The translations under genes were made by a program, and so were the position numbers. Below the pieces are notes generated by a model. That model saw nothing but the letters and a program-made list of their open reading frames with translations. It made no database searches and was not told the DNA's origin. A stretch of DNA of 62,545 bases, counting the filler. It is 5 parts of 5 records of this genome, joined end to end, with 100 filler letters (N's around TTAATTAATTAA, not from the genome) between each part and the next. Parts side by side here need not be neighbours in the genome. Positions count along the whole stretch, not along the records: positions 35,222 to 48,333 come from SRR31156797_3019; 4 more parts are not named here. The stretch is one strand, 5' to 3'. Positions 36,925 through 47,124 of this stretch are shown in pieces. How positions within the stretch are numbered: position 1 is the first letter of the stretch; every line of letters starts with the position of its first letter.

Positions 36925-38757
36925 ATGATGCATAATTCAGAAACCCATATTATCGGCATTTCATGTTTTTACCATGACAGCGCCGCATGTATTCTAAAAA
37001 ATGGCGCCATACTTGCTGCAGCGCAGGAGGAGAGATTTTCAAGAAAAAAACACGACCCGAGATTCCCCTTAAAAGCGATTGATTATTGTCTGGAAGAAGC
37101 CGAAATCGGCATCAAAGATGTCGATTTTATTGTTTACTATGACAAGCCGTTTATGACGTTTGAACGGCTCTTGATGAGTTGCCTCACGACCGCGCCAAAG
37201 GGATTGCGCGCCTGGCTTGAGGCGATGCCCCTATGGCTGGGTAAAAAGCTCCATATTCCAAAGGTTGTCAAAAAGGAATTGGACTATGAAGGGGATGTTC
37301 TTTTTACAGAGCATCATGAATCTCATGCCGCCTCGGCCTTCTACCCATCCCCCTTTGAAGAAGCGGCAATCTTGACCATGGATGGTGTTGGCGAATGGGC
37401 AACCGCCAGCTTCGGATTTGGAAGGGACAAAGACCTCCACCTGTTAAAAGAGCTGCATTTCCCGGATTCACTGGGATTACTATACTCCGCCTTTACTTAT
37501 TTCGCCGGATTCAGAGTCAACTCAGGAGAATATAAACTCATGGGCCTGGCCCCGTACGGTGAGCCCCGCTATAAAGATCTAATTTTGACCGAATTAATTG
37601 ATTTGAAGGAAGATGGATCCTTAAGGATGGATTTATCGTATTTCGATTTTTTAAACGGATTACGGATGACCAACCGTAAGTTTTCGAAACTTTTCAATGG
37701 ACCACCCCGCAAACCGGAAACCGAGATTACCCAGCGCGAAATGGATATTGCCGCCAGCATCCAGGCAGTCACCGAAGAAGCCATAATGAAAATGGTGCAT
37801 CATGTGCACCAAGAAACCGGGCAACAAAATCTATGTCTTGCAGGCGGGGTTGCCCTCAACTGTGTCGCCAACAGCAAAATATTAACAAACGGACCTTTTG
37901 AAAACATCTGGATACAGCCCGCCGCCGGCGACGCAGGCGGAGCATTGGGTGCGGCATTGAGTATTTGGCATCGGTTTCTTGGAAATGAGCGGACTGTTTC
38001 GAAGCCCCAAAAAGCACAGAAATCATCCTACCTGGGACCCTGTTTTTCAAATGAACAGGTCGAGGAATTTCTGATCCGAAATGGTTACCCTTACAAGAAA
38101 TTGACTGCTGACAACAGAGCCATCACCATTGCTCAGGAGATTGCCCATGGAAAAATCGTGGGATACATGGCCGGGCGTATGGAATTCGGACCACGAGCAT
38201 TGGGTGCCAGAAGTATTCTAGGGGACCCCCGTAGCAGGGACACCCAGACAATCATGAACCTGAAAATAAAATACAGAGAATCGTTCAGGCCATTTGCACC
38301 CTCTGTACTGGAAGAAAAGGCCTCCGACTACTTTAAAATGGATAGACCCAGTCCATACATGCTTTTCGTTGCGACAGTAAATAAGGAGCGATGCCTCCCT
38401 CAGCCTTCCACCGATGATCTGCCCATGCTCGATCGACTTAAAAAAAAGCGGAGTGATATCCCGGCTGTTACCCACCTGGACTATACGGCCAGGCTACAAA
38501 CCGTAAATGAAACCGACAAAAAAGACTTTTACGATGTCATTTCCGCGTTTCAGGATCTAACCGGATACGGCGTTATCGTGAATACCAGTTTTAACGTCCG
38601 TGGTGAGCCGATTGTTTGTTCTCCGGAAGATGCATACCGGTGCTTCATGAGAACGGATATGGACATTTTGGTTTTAGAAGACTTTTTATTGCTCAAAGAA
38701 AAACAATCCAAATGGCTGGAAAAGGAAAACTGGCGAGATGAACTCCAACTCGACTGA
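36925..38757 (+). CDS. O-carbamoyltransferase (NodU/CmcH family)
   Basis: YHDSAA, EHHESHAASAF, GEYKLMGLAPYG, AGGVALN, EFGPRALGARS, NTSFN. Confidence 0.95.
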   Translation: MMHNSETHIIGISCFYHDSAACILKNGAILAAAQEERFSRKKHDPRFPLKAIDYCLEEAEIGIKDVDFIVYYDKPFMTFERLLMSCLTTAPKGLRAWLEAMPLWLGKKLHIPKVVKKELDYEGDVLFTEHHESHAASAFYPSPFEEAAILTMDGVGEWATASFGFGRDKDLHLLKELHFPDSLGLLYSAFTYFAGFRVNSGEYKLMGLAPYGEPRYKDLILTELIDLKEDGSLRMDLSYFDFLNGLRMTNRKFSKLFNGPPRKPETEITQREMDIAASIQAVTEEAIMKMVHHVHQETGQQNLCLAGGVALNCVANSKILTNGPFENIWIQPAAGDAGGALGAALSIWHRFLGNERTVSKPQKAQKSSYLGPCFSNEQVEEFLIRNGYPYKKLTADNRAITIAQEIAHGKIVGYMAGRMEFGPRALGARSILGDPRSRDTQTIMNLKIKYRESFRPFAPSVLEEKASDYFKMDRPSPYMLFVATVNKERCLPQPSTDDLPMLDRLKKKRSDIPAVTHLDYTARLQTVNETDKKDFYDVISAFQDLTGYGVIVNTSFNVRGEPIVCSPEDAYRCFMRTDMDILVLEDFLLLKEKQSKWLEKENWRDELQLD

Positions 38758-39139
38758 CCCTACAGAAATAAGAAAATTCGGATGGATTGCTTTTATTTTT
38801 TTTGGGTCTATTTTTTCTTTGTGTTTGTGGCTTAAAAAACCCTTTTCGCCTTATTTTTTTGGTGTTTTAACCCTGCTTGGGGCCGGATTCGTGATGATCC
38901 CCATGGGGATGAAACCGGTTTACCGTATCTGGCTGCGTATTGCCCATTTAATCGGCAGGGTGATTACAACCATTATGCTGACGTGCGGGTTTTATCTCGT
39001 GATGACACCGGCCGGCTTGCTCAAACGTATCTTCGGAGGTCGCCCTTTACCCACAAAGCCGGATAGAAATGCAACAACATACTGGATAAAACGGGATGAA
39101 CCCGCTCAGCCGAAAGACAGGTTTATCAAAAGATATTAG
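38738..39139 (+). CDS. SxtJ-family membrane protein
   Basis: EIRKFG..W..IG..FY..TP..TYW pattern directly after the carbamoyltransferase. Confidence 0.8.
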   Translation: MNSNSTDPTEIRKFGWIAFIFFGSIFSLCLWLKKPFSPYFFGVLTLLGAGFVMIPMGMKPVYRIWLRIAHLIGRVITTIMLTCGFYLVMTPAGLLKRIFGGRPLPTKPDRNATTYWIKRDEPAQPKDRFIKRY

Positions 39140-39150
39140 AGGTAAATAAT

Positions 39151-39309
39151 ATGGGAAACCAATCCATAATATCAGAGTTCTGGGAATTTTTGAAGTTTAG
39201 AAAACGTTACTGGCTGCTCCCTATTGTTATCGTTTTGGGACTCTTCAGTCTTCTAATCGTTTTTACGGAGGGGAGTGCGGTAGCCCCCTTTATCTATGCC
39301 CTTTTTTGA
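39151..39309 (+). CDS. SxtK/DUF5989-family small membrane protein (52 aa; absent from ORF track)
   Basis: MGNQSIISEFWEFLKFRKRYWLLPIVIVLGLFSLLIVFTEGSAVAPFIYALF; GAGG RBS. Confidence 0.88.
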   Translation: MGNQSIISEFWEFLKFRKRYWLLPIVIVLGLFSLLIVFTEGSAVAPFIYALF

Positions 39310-39547
39310 AAGCGATTGATCATGAGAGGCCATGGAAATCTATTCTCTTGTCTATTATTGAAAGAATATTAGAAATCGGTATCCTTTTATGTTTGGTGAC
39401 CATTGTATCCGACCCATAAGGTACAAATCCGTACGCCGAACTCCGTAATTGTTACAGTTTACTTTTTAAACAATATCATATACATTCGGCAAAAATAGAG
39501 ATTTTGAAATTGAAACCCCGGAAAAATGGGAGGTTTCGGAGATATTT

Positions 39548-40504
39548 ATGAGCGGAAGCCCTGCCCCGAAGATTTCGGTTATCGTCCCGGTATACAACGA
39601 GGCCCCCAATTTAAAACCTCTGATAGAACGGATCCTTCATGTGATGCGTTCCCTGGGCGATACCTTTGAACTGATCCTGGTGGACGACGGCAGCACGGAC
39701 CGCAGCCGAACCCTGTTTGTGGAAATAAAAAGAAACTGCCCTGAATTGCTTGTGGTTTTTCTGCGTCGAAACTTCGGTCAGAGCGCTGCCATGACCGCCG
39801 GATTTGATTATGCCAGAGGAAAAATCGTGGTCACCATGGATGGGGATCTTCAAAATGACCCTCGCAATATCCCGCAGCTCATGACCAAACTGGCGGAAGG
39901 GTACGATCTGGTGAACGGATGGCGCAAGGACCGGCAGGACGCGTTTGTCTCAAGACGACTGCCGTCGATCATCGCCAACCGGCTCATCGGAATGGCCACC
40001 GGCGTCAAGCTGCACGACTATGGCTGCTCCCTTAAGGCTTATACCGGCGATCTGGCGAAAAACCTGTTGCTTTATGGAGAACTTCACCGGTTTATTCCCG
40101 TTCTGGCCCGATTCTACGGCGCCCGCATCGGTGAAGTGGTGGTCACCCACCACCCCCGCACCATGGGCAAAAGCAAATACGGCATCGGTCGTACTTTCCG
40201 GGTGATCCTGGACCTGATCCTGATGCTCTTTTTCCAGCGTTTCGCCACCCGACCCCTTCAGCTTTTTGGTCTCAGCGGCGGATTTCTATTGTCCGCCGGC
40301 GTGGTCATCGAGCTCTATCTCACATGGATCAAGCTTTTTCAGGGAGAGCATATCGGTGGCAGACCCCTGCTCCTTCTGGGAGCGCTGTTGATTATCACGG
40401 GGATCGTTCTGCTGGGCATCGGTCTTTGCGCTGAATTGGTCATCCGTACCTACTATGAATCCTCCGGAAAGCGCATATATACGGTTCGAGAGGTTTTGGG
40501 GTGA
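39548..40504 (+). CDS. GT2 polyprenol-phosphate glycosyltransferase (ArnC/GtrB-like)
   Basis: VPVYNE, VDDGSTD, RNFGQ, MDGDLQNDP, 2 C-terminal TM. Confidence 0.92.
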   Translation: MSGSPAPKISVIVPVYNEAPNLKPLIERILHVMRSLGDTFELILVDDGSTDRSRTLFVEIKRNCPELLVVFLRRNFGQSAAMTAGFDYARGKIVVTMDGDLQNDPRNIPQLMTKLAEGYDLVNGWRKDRQDAFVSRRLPSIIANRLIGMATGVKLHDYGCSLKAYTGDLAKNLLLYGELHRFIPVLARFYGARIGEVVVTHHPRTMGKSKYGIGRTFRVILDLILMLFFQRFATRPLQLFGLSGGFLLSAGVVIELYLTWIKLFQGEHIGGRPLLLLGALLIITGIVLLGIGLCAELVIRTYYESSGKRIYTVREVLG

Positions 40505-41439
40505 GCGATAACCTGCGAAAAAAAATCACGAAACTGATCCGGATCGGCATCAGTTTGGGTCTCATACTCTGGCTCTTTTCGCGATTCGACCTTCAAGGGG
40601 TCTGGCATGCCCTTGAAAAACTTCCGGTCTCCTTATGGATCGCTGCCTGCACTATTTTACTCATGGCCCAGATACTGAGCAGCGTCCGATGGTGGATACT
40701 CTCAACGGCCCTTCAGTTCAAAGGGGCCTGGCCAACATACCTGGGATATTATTTCGTGGGCATGTTTTTCAACCTGTTTCTACCGACGGGCATAGGGGGA
40801 GACATTTTCAAAGTGCACTTCCTTTCAAGAGGTATCGGCAGAAAATTTGCCGCCACCTTGACGGTTTTAGGTGATCGTTTTTTCGGCCTTGCCGCCATGG
40901 TACTGATTGGATCGATGACTGTTTTGATTCAACCGGGCCTTTTGCCGAAAGCCTTTGAAAACGGTCTGGTGATCAGTGGAAGCGCCATTCTTCTGTCATT
41001 GGTTACAATGCCGTTTATCTTTAATTTTTTGAAGGGCATGGATTTTTCAATTTTGAACGCTGTTCCAGCCTCCATAACCCAATTATGGAAACCGAACAAT
41101 CTGTTGCCGATCCTGGGGCTCTCCTTCTGCCTTCAGGCCATGGGCATGGGGGCCGTGGCCATTATGGGAAACGGGATGGGGATCCATGTCCCCCCGGCCT
41201 TTTATTTCGCGGCCCTTCCCATTGTCAATATCATGACCATGATCCCCATTACATTTAACGGCATCGGTGTCAGGGAAGGGGCCTTTGTTTATTTTCTCGG
41301 GATTAAGGGGATTGAACCCGAACCGGCGCTTGCCCTGGGACTTTTATTCTTTTCCATACAAGTGGCCATCAGCCTCATGGGTGGCGTGGCCTATGCCCTG
41401 GGCTTCCATCGCCACTCAACCCGTGAGCAACCCACATAG
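40501..41439 (+). CDS. Lysylphosphatidylglycerol-synthase-TM (flippase-like, UPF0104) protein
   Basis: RWW, FNLFLPTGIGGD, DRFFG, PITFNGIGVREG. Confidence 0.88.
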   Translation: MSDNLRKKITKLIRIGISLGLILWLFSRFDLQGVWHALEKLPVSLWIAACTILLMAQILSSVRWWILSTALQFKGAWPTYLGYYFVGMFFNLFLPTGIGGDIFKVHFLSRGIGRKFAATLTVLGDRFFGLAAMVLIGSMTVLIQPGLLPKAFENGLVISGSAILLSLVTMPFIFNFLKGMDFSILNAVPASITQLWKPNNLLPILGLSFCLQAMGMGAVAIMGNGMGIHVPPAFYFAALPIVNIMTMIPITFNGIGVREGAFVYFLGIKGIEPEPALALGLLFFSIQVAISLMGGVAYALGFHRHSTREQPT

Positions 41440-41446
41440 ATCGCGC

Positions 41447-42604
41447 ATGACCCTATACAGATATATAATCAGGGAAATATGGCCCACTTTTCTGGCGAGC
41501 CTCTTTGTTTTTATCTTCATCATGATGGCAGCCCGGATGCTGTCCATCACTGAATTGATTGTAACCAGAGGCGTTCATGCTTCGCAGGTGGCCGGCATGG
41601 TTCTTTTCCTGCTCCCCGACATTCTGACCTTTGCACTACCGGCGGTCACGCTCATGAGCGTGGTTGTGGCATTCCTTCGTCTCTCGGCGGACAGCGAGAT
41701 TATTGCCATGAAATCTTCCGGTATCAGCCTCTACCAGATGTTGCCGCCGGTGATCTTTTTCTCCCTGGCGGCTTTTCTGTTCTGCCTGGCCATCACCGTC
41801 TTCGCGGCTCCCTGGGGGAATCGATCCTTCAAAGACCTGCTATTCAAAATCGCCGAGACAAAAGCGGATCTCGGAATTAAAGAGCGGATATTCTGTGAAC
41901 CTTTTGGGAACCTGGTCTTCTATGTGAATAACTTTTCACGGGAGGAAAGGGTATTGAAAGACGTTTTTGTGGTGGACAGACGGGACGAGGAAATGACAAA
42001 CACCATCGTCTCCGATGAAGCCCGTATCATCATGAGACCGGCCGAAAGAACCATTACCCTGCTCTTTCTGAGAGGGACCATCTTTCTGGTGGAAAAAAAC
42101 CTTGAAGGGTCCCGGACCATCAAATTCAACACCTATGCCCTGAATATAGGGCTCAAAGATGTTCTGGCCGACCTGGCCTCCAGAAAGAAAGCCCCCCATG
42201 AACTTTCCGTGGGACAACTGGTTGATCAATTGAAAAGCACTCCGGATACCCATAAGGAATACAGCCGGATCATGCGGGAGCTCCTTGAAAAGCTTTCCAT
42301 TCCTCTGGCTGTGTTTTTCATGGGAATCATCGGCGTTCCCCTTGGCGCTCAAATACGGGGCCGGGGGCGCTCCACCGGAATCGGGATCAGCCTTATGGTG
42401 TTTTCACTGTTTTACCTGTTTCTGATGATCATTCGAAGTGTCTGCTCCACGGGTGCCCTTTCTCCGGTTTTCGGGATATGGATTCCGGATCTTTTTCTGA
42501 TTGCATCCGTTATTTATCTTCTTCGCCGTGCCGCCAATGAACAGCCGATCCATCTTCTTCCCCGACTTCCCTTTTCATGGAAGAAACCGGGGGGGCTACA
42601 ATGA
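41447..42604 (+). CDS. lptF: LPS export permease LptF/LptG family
   Basis: LYRYIIREI, RLSADSEIIAMKSSGIS, WIPD; start ATG 41447. Confidence 0.85.
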   Translation: MTLYRYIIREIWPTFLASLFVFIFIMMAARMLSITELIVTRGVHASQVAGMVLFLLPDILTFALPAVTLMSVVVAFLRLSADSEIIAMKSSGISLYQMLPPVIFFSLAAFLFCLAITVFAAPWGNRSFKDLLFKIAETKADLGIKERIFCEPFGNLVFYVNNFSREERVLKDVFVVDRRDEEMTNTIVSDEARIIMRPAERTITLLFLRGTIFLVEKNLEGSRTIKFNTYALNIGLKDVLADLASRKKAPHELSVGQLVDQLKSTPDTHKEYSRIMRELLEKLSIPLAVFFMGIIGVPLGAQIRGRGRSTGIGISLMVFSLFYLFLMIIRSVCSTGALSPVFGIWIPDLFLIASVIYLLRRAANEQPIHLLPRLPFSWKKPGGLQ

Positions 42605-42617
42605 AAAAGGATGTCCA

Positions 42618-44444
42618 ATGCCGTTATATCTCTCTTTTTTTGGGATAAGCTTTGCCCTTGCACTCATCTTAACGCCTTTCATCAGAAAACTGGCATTGAA
42701 GTCAGGGCAAGTGGCCGTGCCCAGGGAAAACCGGTGGCACCGCAAGGAAACCGCCCTTCTGGGCGGTGTGGGAATTTTTTCAGCCACCATAATCGTATGG
42801 TTCTCGGGCGCACTGTGGGCGGATTGGACCACTTTCGGTCGGCCCTATCTTCCCATGGTACTTTGCGCCTCCGGTATATTCCTGCTGGGCCTGGCGGATG
42901 ACATTTTCAACATGGACCCCCAGCACAAGCTGGCCGGACAGGTCATCATCACCGCCATCCTTCTCTTTTTCGGTTTTCGCCTCGGATGGACCGATTCAAA
43001 AACCCTCGACCTGTTTCTGTCCATTCTCTGGATTGTGGGCATCACCAATGCTTTCAACCTTCTCGACAACATGGACGGTCTTTCATGCGGTATCGCCTTC
43101 ATTGCCGGTGCGTTTCTTTTTCTATATCAATATCTCAACCCGTCCCCGGATCATTTCTCAGGCCCCGGACTCTTACTACTGTGTGCCTACCTGGGATCCA
43201 TCCTGGGATTTCTGGTGTACAATTTCAACCCCGCCTCCATCTTCATGGGGGATGCGGGCAGTCTCTTCATTGGGTTTGTTCTGGCCTGTCTGGCCATGGC
43301 GGGGAACACCTCGGCAGCAGGAGGCGAAAGCAGCTTTTTTCACCTGCTCTCGGTTATTCTGATACCGGTGTTGATCCTCTTTATCCCCATACTGGATACC
43401 GGTTTTGTCAGCCTCATGCGCAAGCTTTTCCGCAGACCCATCTCTCAAGGGGGGCGGGATCATTCCTCCCACCGCCTGGTGGCCATCGGCTTTTCCGAGA
43501 AAAGGGCGGTACTGGTTCTCTATGCATTTTCCGTTGCCTCCGGCCTGCTGGCCCTCGCCATAAACCGTCTTAATACAGGCACCAGTGCGGTCCTTATCGT
43601 ACTATACCTGTTGTTTATCCTCTTTTTCTGGATTTATCTGGCCAAAGTCAAAGTCTATTCGGAAAAATCCATCGTCTCTGATCATCCCTCCGGCATGATT
43701 ACGCCCCTGCTCATCCAAATGACCTACCGAAGAAGGCTTTTTGAAGTGCTCCTCGATCTGGTTCTCATTACCGTGGCCTATTATACGGCCTATCTTCTCC
43801 GCTTTGAGGGCGTTCCCGGCCCCAATTTTGATTTTTTCCTCAAATCACTCCCCATTGTCATTGCCGGCCAGATTTTGTTCTTTTTCCTTTTCGGTGTTTA
43901 TCGCGGGGTATGGGAAAACACCAGTTTACGGGATCTGATCTCCTATGGAAAAGCCATCACCGCAGGAACCGTTGCGCCCATCCTGATCCTCTTGTTCCTT
44001 TATCGGTTCTACAGTTTCTCGCGAGCTGTTTTTGTGATTTACTGGGGACTCATGCTGATGCTGGTAAGCCTTACCCGCCTCTCTTTCCGCCTGCTGGATG
44101 AGGGGGTCCGCCGGGGAAATCAAAAGGGCAAACCCGTCCTGGTATACGGGGCCGGACTTGGCGGCCAGATGCTCCTTAGAGAAATCGAAACCAACGAAAC
44201 CCTTTGCATGACAATCAAAGGTTTCATTGACGATAACCGGGATATTCAGCGAAAAAGAGTCCGCGGTTACCCGGTGCTGGGCGGAATGAATGATCTGGAG
44301 AAAATCCTGGAGGCGCATCCCGTTAAGGAAATCATCATTTCTTTCAGAGAAGACAGTTCCGATAAAAGACGGGAAATAAAGCGGTTATTGGAAAATATCG
44401 GTACTGAAGTGGATGTTCGGGAAATGAAGCTTACCATCAGTTAG
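42618..44444 (+). CDS. WecA/MraY-family phosphoglycosyl transferase fused to a PglF/CapD-type N-terminal module (4 TM + CoA-binding-like fold)
   Basis: GLADD, NAFNLLDNMDG, FMGDAG, DHSSHRL; then YRGVW, VYGAGLGG, GFIDD. Confidence 0.85.
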   Translation: MPLYLSFFGISFALALILTPFIRKLALKSGQVAVPRENRWHRKETALLGGVGIFSATIIVWFSGALWADWTTFGRPYLPMVLCASGIFLLGLADDIFNMDPQHKLAGQVIITAILLFFGFRLGWTDSKTLDLFLSILWIVGITNAFNLLDNMDGLSCGIAFIAGAFLFLYQYLNPSPDHFSGPGLLLLCAYLGSILGFLVYNFNPASIFMGDAGSLFIGFVLACLAMAGNTSAAGGESSFFHLLSVILIPVLILFIPILDTGFVSLMRKLFRRPISQGGRDHSSHRLVAIGFSEKRAVLVLYAFSVASGLLALAINRLNTGTSAVLIVLYLLFILFFWIYLAKVKVYSEKSIVSDHPSGMITPLLIQMTYRRRLFEVLLDLVLITVAYYTAYLLRFEGVPGPNFDFFLKSLPIVIAGQILFFFLFGVYRGVWENTSLRDLISYGKAITAGTVAPILILLFLYRFYSFSRAVFVIYWGLMLMLVSLTRLSFRLLDEGVRRGNQKGKPVLVYGAGLGGQMLLREIETNETLCMTIKGFIDDNRDIQRKRVRGYPVLGGMNDLEKILEAHPVKEIIISFREDSSDKRREIKRLLENIGTEVDVREMKLTIS

Positions 44445-45456
44445 TGACGCGGCGTTTTCGCGCCAACTCCTGTTTATCCGCGACCTCATCCGTTTCGTCC
44501 ACGATCTCGCGGCCCAGGATTTCCTCGAGGATGTCTTCAAGAGAGATCAATCCGGCCAGCCCCCCATACTCGTCAATCACCGCAAAAAGATGCTGCCTTA
44601 ATTCCAGAAACTCACCCAGAACCATGTTCAGACGGGCAGACTCCGCCACAAAATGGATCGGACGCATGAGGTTCGCCAGCAGGTCGTCCGTCCGGTCTTT
44701 GGCAAGGGCCACCAGGACATCCTTGGTGTGAACAATTCCCACCACGTCCTCCGGGCTTTTGTCAAACACCGGAATACGGCTGTGTTCCCATCTGCCGGCA
44801 GCCTTGACGGCTTCCGATAATGTAAGCTGCTGGTTCAGAGAAAATATGACGGTCCTCGGTGTCATCACTTCCTTGGCTGTTTTTTCCTGGAGGGTCAGCA
44901 CCCGCTCAATGGCCTGCTCCTGGAATATTTTGATCCCCCCCGTCCGCCGACTCAAGCGGGCCATGACCTGAATCTCTTCAGCCGTTACGGCCTCATCTCT
45001 CGATCCCCGACCGATCAGGCGTGTTATGCGACCCATGAACCATATGATCGGCGTCATTGCCCAAACCAGCCCTTTCAGGGGGTATGCCACCGGTCCCGCA
45101 AGGGATCTGCCATACACCACACCGGCCGTTTTGGGAATGATTTCCGAAAAAATCAAAATGGCCAGGGTAAAAATTGCTGAAAAATATCCCAGCCACTGGT
45201 GGCCGAAGACCGCAGTGGCCGCGGCACCGGCAAATGCGGCGCCGGCTGTATTGGCAATGGTATTGAGGGACAGGATGGCGGCAATGGGCCGCTCCACATG
45301 TTGGCGAAGGTGCCTGAAGGTTCTGCCCCCGAATATTCCATCTTGAATCATGGCCTCCACCTGCCGCAAGGGAACAGAATAAAGCACAGCTTCAAAAAGA
45401 GAGCATACGGCAGATATCAAAATGGCAAAACCAACGGCAAGAATCAACTGTAACAC
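44437..45456 (-). CDS. CNNM/CBS-domain (CorC/HlyC) protein
   Basis: CSLFEA, SEIIPK, VMTPR, HSRIPV, DEYGG, EILGREIVDE. Confidence 0.9.
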   Translation of the reverse strand: MLQLILAVGFAILISAVCSLFEAVLYSVPLRQVEAMIQDGIFGGRTFRHLRQHVERPIAAILSLNTIANTAGAAFAGAAATAVFGHQWLGYFSAIFTLAILIFSEIIPKTAGVVYGRSLAGPVAYPLKGLVWAMTPIIWFMGRITRLIGRGSRDEAVTAEEIQVMARLSRRTGGIKIFQEQAIERVLTLQEKTAKEVMTPRTVIFSLNQQLTLSEAVKAAGRWEHSRIPVFDKSPEDVVGIVHTKDVLVALAKDRTDDLLANLMRPIHFVAESARLNMVLGEFLELRQHLFAVIDEYGGLAGLISLEDILEEILGREIVDETDEVADKQELARKRRVTN

Positions 45457-45484
45457 GGTTCTACCTCATATATATTTTAAGCGG

Positions 45485-46093
45485 TTAACAATCAAAAGAA
45501 TTGAAGGCCATTCTTCGTAGTTCTTCAGGTTTGTTGATATTGGAAAAGGATTTGAGTTCGGGGTCAAACCGTCGAATCTCCCGCTCTTCCACATACCGGA
45601 CGGATACAGCGTGATACAGCTGAATGGTCTGATATACGCCGGCATGAATCATCCGCTCAATTTCCGGCAGACAGTTTTGGGTATAGAGGGCATGGAGCGC
45701 TTCAAATTTTCCGGAGAACATGGGCACCACCACATCAAAGCCCTGCCGAGCCGTCGCCTGATAACGGATCAGATCAGGATTGAGAAAAGGCATGTCGCAG
45801 GCCACAAAAAAACCGGCTTTTTCAGAGATGGCCTTCAAACCCGTGAAAATCCCCCCCAACGGGCCAAGCCCCTTAATTCTGTCCTCAAACATGGGAAGGT
45901 TCAAAAATGCATAGGTATCGGGGGTATTGGTGATGAGTATAATGGAAGGAAACAGGTTTTCCATAACCCCCAGAACCCTTTTGATGAGGGGAATACCGTT
46001 GATATTGACCAGGGCTTTGTTCCGTCCATAACGTCTGCTCTTCCCTCCCGCAAGAATTACCCCTGAAACACCGTGTATAAACCGGTCATCCAT
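45485..46093 (-). CDS. mobA: Molybdenum cofactor guanylyltransferase
   Basis: ILAGGKSRRYGRNKA, GPLGG, ACDMPF, NINKPE. Confidence 0.92.
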   Translation of the reverse strand: MDDRFIHGVSGVILAGGKSRRYGRNKALVNINGIPLIKRVLGVMENLFPSIILITNTPDTYAFLNLPMFEDRIKGLGPLGGIFTGLKAISEKAGFFVACDMPFLNPDLIRYQATARQGFDVVVPMFSGKFEALHALYTQNCLPEIERMIHAGVYQTIQLYHAVSVRYVEEREIRRFDPELKSFSNINKPEELRRMAFNSFDC

Positions 46094-46115
46094 ATCAATA
46101 TCCCTTGATTTTCAT

Positions 46116-46143
46116 TGACATCCACCCACAAAATGTTATGGTT
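46116..46143 (+). promoter_or_regulatory. Putative sigma70 promoter of infA
   Basis: TTGACA ... TGtTATGGT. Confidence 0.5.
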
Positions 46144-46236
46144 AGACGATTTTTCAAGCGGTTCGGGCATTCCAAAAATGGAAAGGCCCATGTTCATAAA
46201 ATCCAAATCAGGCTTTGCTGTCGAGAAAGGAACATT

Positions 46237-46452
46237 TTGAGTCGAAACGATTTAATTCAACTGGAAGGCGTCGTTGCCAAGGTCCTCGGCGGTGGTACCA
46301 TGGAAATTCACTGCAAAAATGACATCACGGTGAGAGGTGTTCTATCAGGCAGGATGAAAAAACACCGGATCAAGGTGATGGTTGGCGACCGTGTTCAGGT
46401 CAGTGTATCTCCCTACGATACAACCCATGGCTTGATTACCTACCGCTTTTAG
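46237..46452 (+). CDS. infA: Translation initiation factor IF-1
   Basis: IQLEGVV, SGRMKKHRIKVMVGDRVQV..SPYD..GLITYR; TTG start after AAGGA. Confidence 0.92.
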   Translation: MSRNDLIQLEGVVAKVLGGGTMEIHCKNDITVRGVLSGRMKKHRIKVMVGDRVQVSVSPYDTTHGLITYRF

Positions 46453-46474
46453 GCCGTCGCCCGGCCGGCATCAA

Positions 46475-46879
46475 TCAATCCCGCTCACAGATTTCCACCA
46501 AGACGCCATTGGTTTCTTTGGGATGGATGAACGCAATTTTTGCACCCCCGGCGCCGTGGCGCGGCATCTGATCAATGAGTCGGACGCCCTTTGCCTTGAG
46601 TTCCTCAAGGCATTGGTTAATATCGTCCACGCGAAAAGCGATATGTTGGATCCCTTCACCCCGTTTTTCAATATATTTTGCCACCGGCCCATCGGGTTCC
46701 ACGGACTCCAACAGTTCCAATTCGCTGTCAGTGATGGGAATAAACGCCACATTCACTTTCTGTTCCGCCACGGTTTCGACATCTTCAATGTCAAGCCCCA
46801 ACACATCCGTGTAGAATTTCCCTGCCTGTTCAATACTTTTGACTGCAATGCCGATGTGATCGATATTCCTGATTTTCAT
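46475..46879 (-). CDS. mce: Methylmalonyl-CoA epimerase
   Basis: IDHIGIAV, ELELLE, GEGIQHIAF, AFIHPKETNGVLVE. Confidence 0.92.
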   Translation of the reverse strand: MKIRNIDHIGIAVKSIEQAGKFYTDVLGLDIEDVETVAEQKVNVAFIPITDSELELLESVEPDGPVAKYIEKRGEGIQHIAFRVDDINQCLEELKAKGVRLIDQMPRHGAGGAKIAFIHPKETNGVLVEICERD

Positions 46880-47124
46880 TTTGTTTCCTCCTTGAGGATA
46901 CTGCAAGACGAAAAATATCCCAAAGTGCACCTTAATGAAGCGAACCTTCTCAATAAGGCCTTGCCTTTGGCTTTTGAGACCATTATTATATCGCTCACTG
47001 TACCGAATTGAAAGAAAGAAATCCTGTAACCCGAATGCATTTCTTTACGATATACATTTAATGTGAATCCCAAAACGTGGCCCTTGGCCCGGCGGAAATT
47101 GTTCCCTCAAACTTTGAAAGGACT

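Noticed and set aside
36925-39309. Saxitoxin biosynthesis cluster
   Set aside because: Only the widespread sxtI/J/K-like trio; no sxtA, sxtG or other pathway genes
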